NCBI GenBank assembly: GCA_030595715.1
Contig: JAUVCN010000001.1
Coordinates: 1,418 to 65,417, forward strand
Direction: 5' to 3'
Source: Thermoplasmatales archaeon
Lineage (GTDB): Archaea; Thermoplasmatota; Penumbrarchaeia; Penumbrarchaeales; Penumbrarchaeaceae
Length of the DNA stretch: 64,000 bases
Positions 63,389 to 64,000 of this stretch are shown here, one piece after another (positions within the stretch are counted from its first letter, which is position 1; each line of letters begins with the position of its first letter). Under the pieces are notes generated by a model. It worked only from the letters and a program-made list of their open reading frames with translations, searched no databases and had not been told where the DNA came from. Both the position numbers and the translations under genes were made by a program.

Positions 63389-63727
63389 CATGAATGCAAT
63401 ATAACTGCTGTGTTGCATAACTAGATCATATTCCGCGTGAAATGTATGATCTCAACTAATTTATTAGCATCTCGATACCTTTTCAGGGAACCAAGATGTC
63501 TATTGGAGAAAAAATGATCTGGAATATATGGAAAAAACACAATATTTATCATTTGATGATAGGATAACACAGATAGGATATCACGGACAGTAGATTACAA
63601 ATAGGATTACCTGTTAGGTTTCTATGCGAACGGCGTTTTGAGCCTGAGGGATCAAATTTACTTCTACTTTGTAATCCATAACACTCTTTCGTCGTTCGTT
63701 ATTTTCCTTCTATCTTTTCTGATAACA

Positions 63728-64000
63728 TTATTTCTTCTTCAGCAGGTCCTTCACATTGAAGATCCTCTCCACATGGTCTTCGACCATCAATATTATATAT
63801 TCACTCCTTTCCACCCCTTCCTTGAGGGTCGCATGACCGATAATACTGATCTTGGAACCTGTTTCCAGCGTCTTGTCGGCAATGTCCCCTGTGACAACCA
63901 TACTTTCATCAATGAACTCCCGGGCCAGATCCCTTGAGTCCTTCCTCACGCCTGTCATTACATTCAATATCCTGTCATCCACCGTATCCAGGACCTTCAG
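63728..64000 (-). CDS. Hypothetical protein; the ORF reaches the window edge (in-frame GTG at 63982; a possible upstream start lies outside the window)
   Basis: An open frame of at least 84 aa that extends past the window, with no diagnostic motif. Confidence 0.3.
   Translation of the reverse strand: MKVLDTVDDRILNVMTGVRKDSRDLAREFIDESMVVTGDIADKTLETGSKISIIGHATLKEGVERSEYIILMVEDHVERIFNVKDLLKKK

Overview
This is an archaeal chromosomal segment of about 50% GC. The gene content and order suggest a Thermoplasmata-like euryarchaeon: an unsplit rpoB, thrombospondin-type-3-repeat surface proteins, archaeal DnaG, and eukaryote/archaea-type ribosomal proteins.

Three housekeeping blocks dominate the window:
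- The minus-strand transcription core rpoH-rpoB-rpoA'-rpoA''-rpl30e at 1983..10853. It is followed directly by ftsZ-secE-spt5 at 1..1841, not by the usual nusA-rps12-rps7 continuation.
- A complete, canonical archaeal ribosomal-protein superoperon on the minus strand at 42486..56933, running uL3-uL4-uL23-uL2-uS19-uL22-uS3-uL29-SUI1-Rnp1(Rpp29)-uS17-uL14-uL24-eS4-uL5-uS14-uS8-uL6-eL32-eL19-uL18-uS5-uL30-uL15-SecY.
- Scattered single housekeeping genes: purM, map, tsaC/yrdC, dnaG, glyS, aspS-like, pheT, and an aTrm56 fused to an HD domain.

Between these blocks lie accessory-looking loci:
- A minus-strand run at 15094..23634 encodes a retropepsin-like Asp protease, a small unknown protein, a membrane-anchored His/Cys peptidase (C25/clostripain-like), two tandem coiled-coil COG1340-like proteins (one with K/E-rich tandem repeats), a protease-less LonB-like AAA+ ATPase whose transmembrane insert is replaced by a zinc ribbon, and DnaG.
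- A cell-surface locus at 28459..42382 holds three giant secreted or anchored proteins (TSP3-repeat, cadherin-like/PKD/TSP3, and beta-helix/Ig-like) plus a type-I membrane protein. An aspS-like gene is embedded in it, and a 168-bp tandem direct repeat lies in an adjacent intergenic region.

Three RNA-level features stand out. A tRNA-Lys(UUU) carries an approximately 38-nt intron at a non-canonical D-arm position. A roughly 215-nt GC-rich structured element lies upstream of rpl3. Two strong hairpin plus oligo-U terminators follow minus-strand genes.

I found no CRISPR array, transposase or rRNA. All calls rest on reading the six-frame ORF translations by eye; no database search was run.
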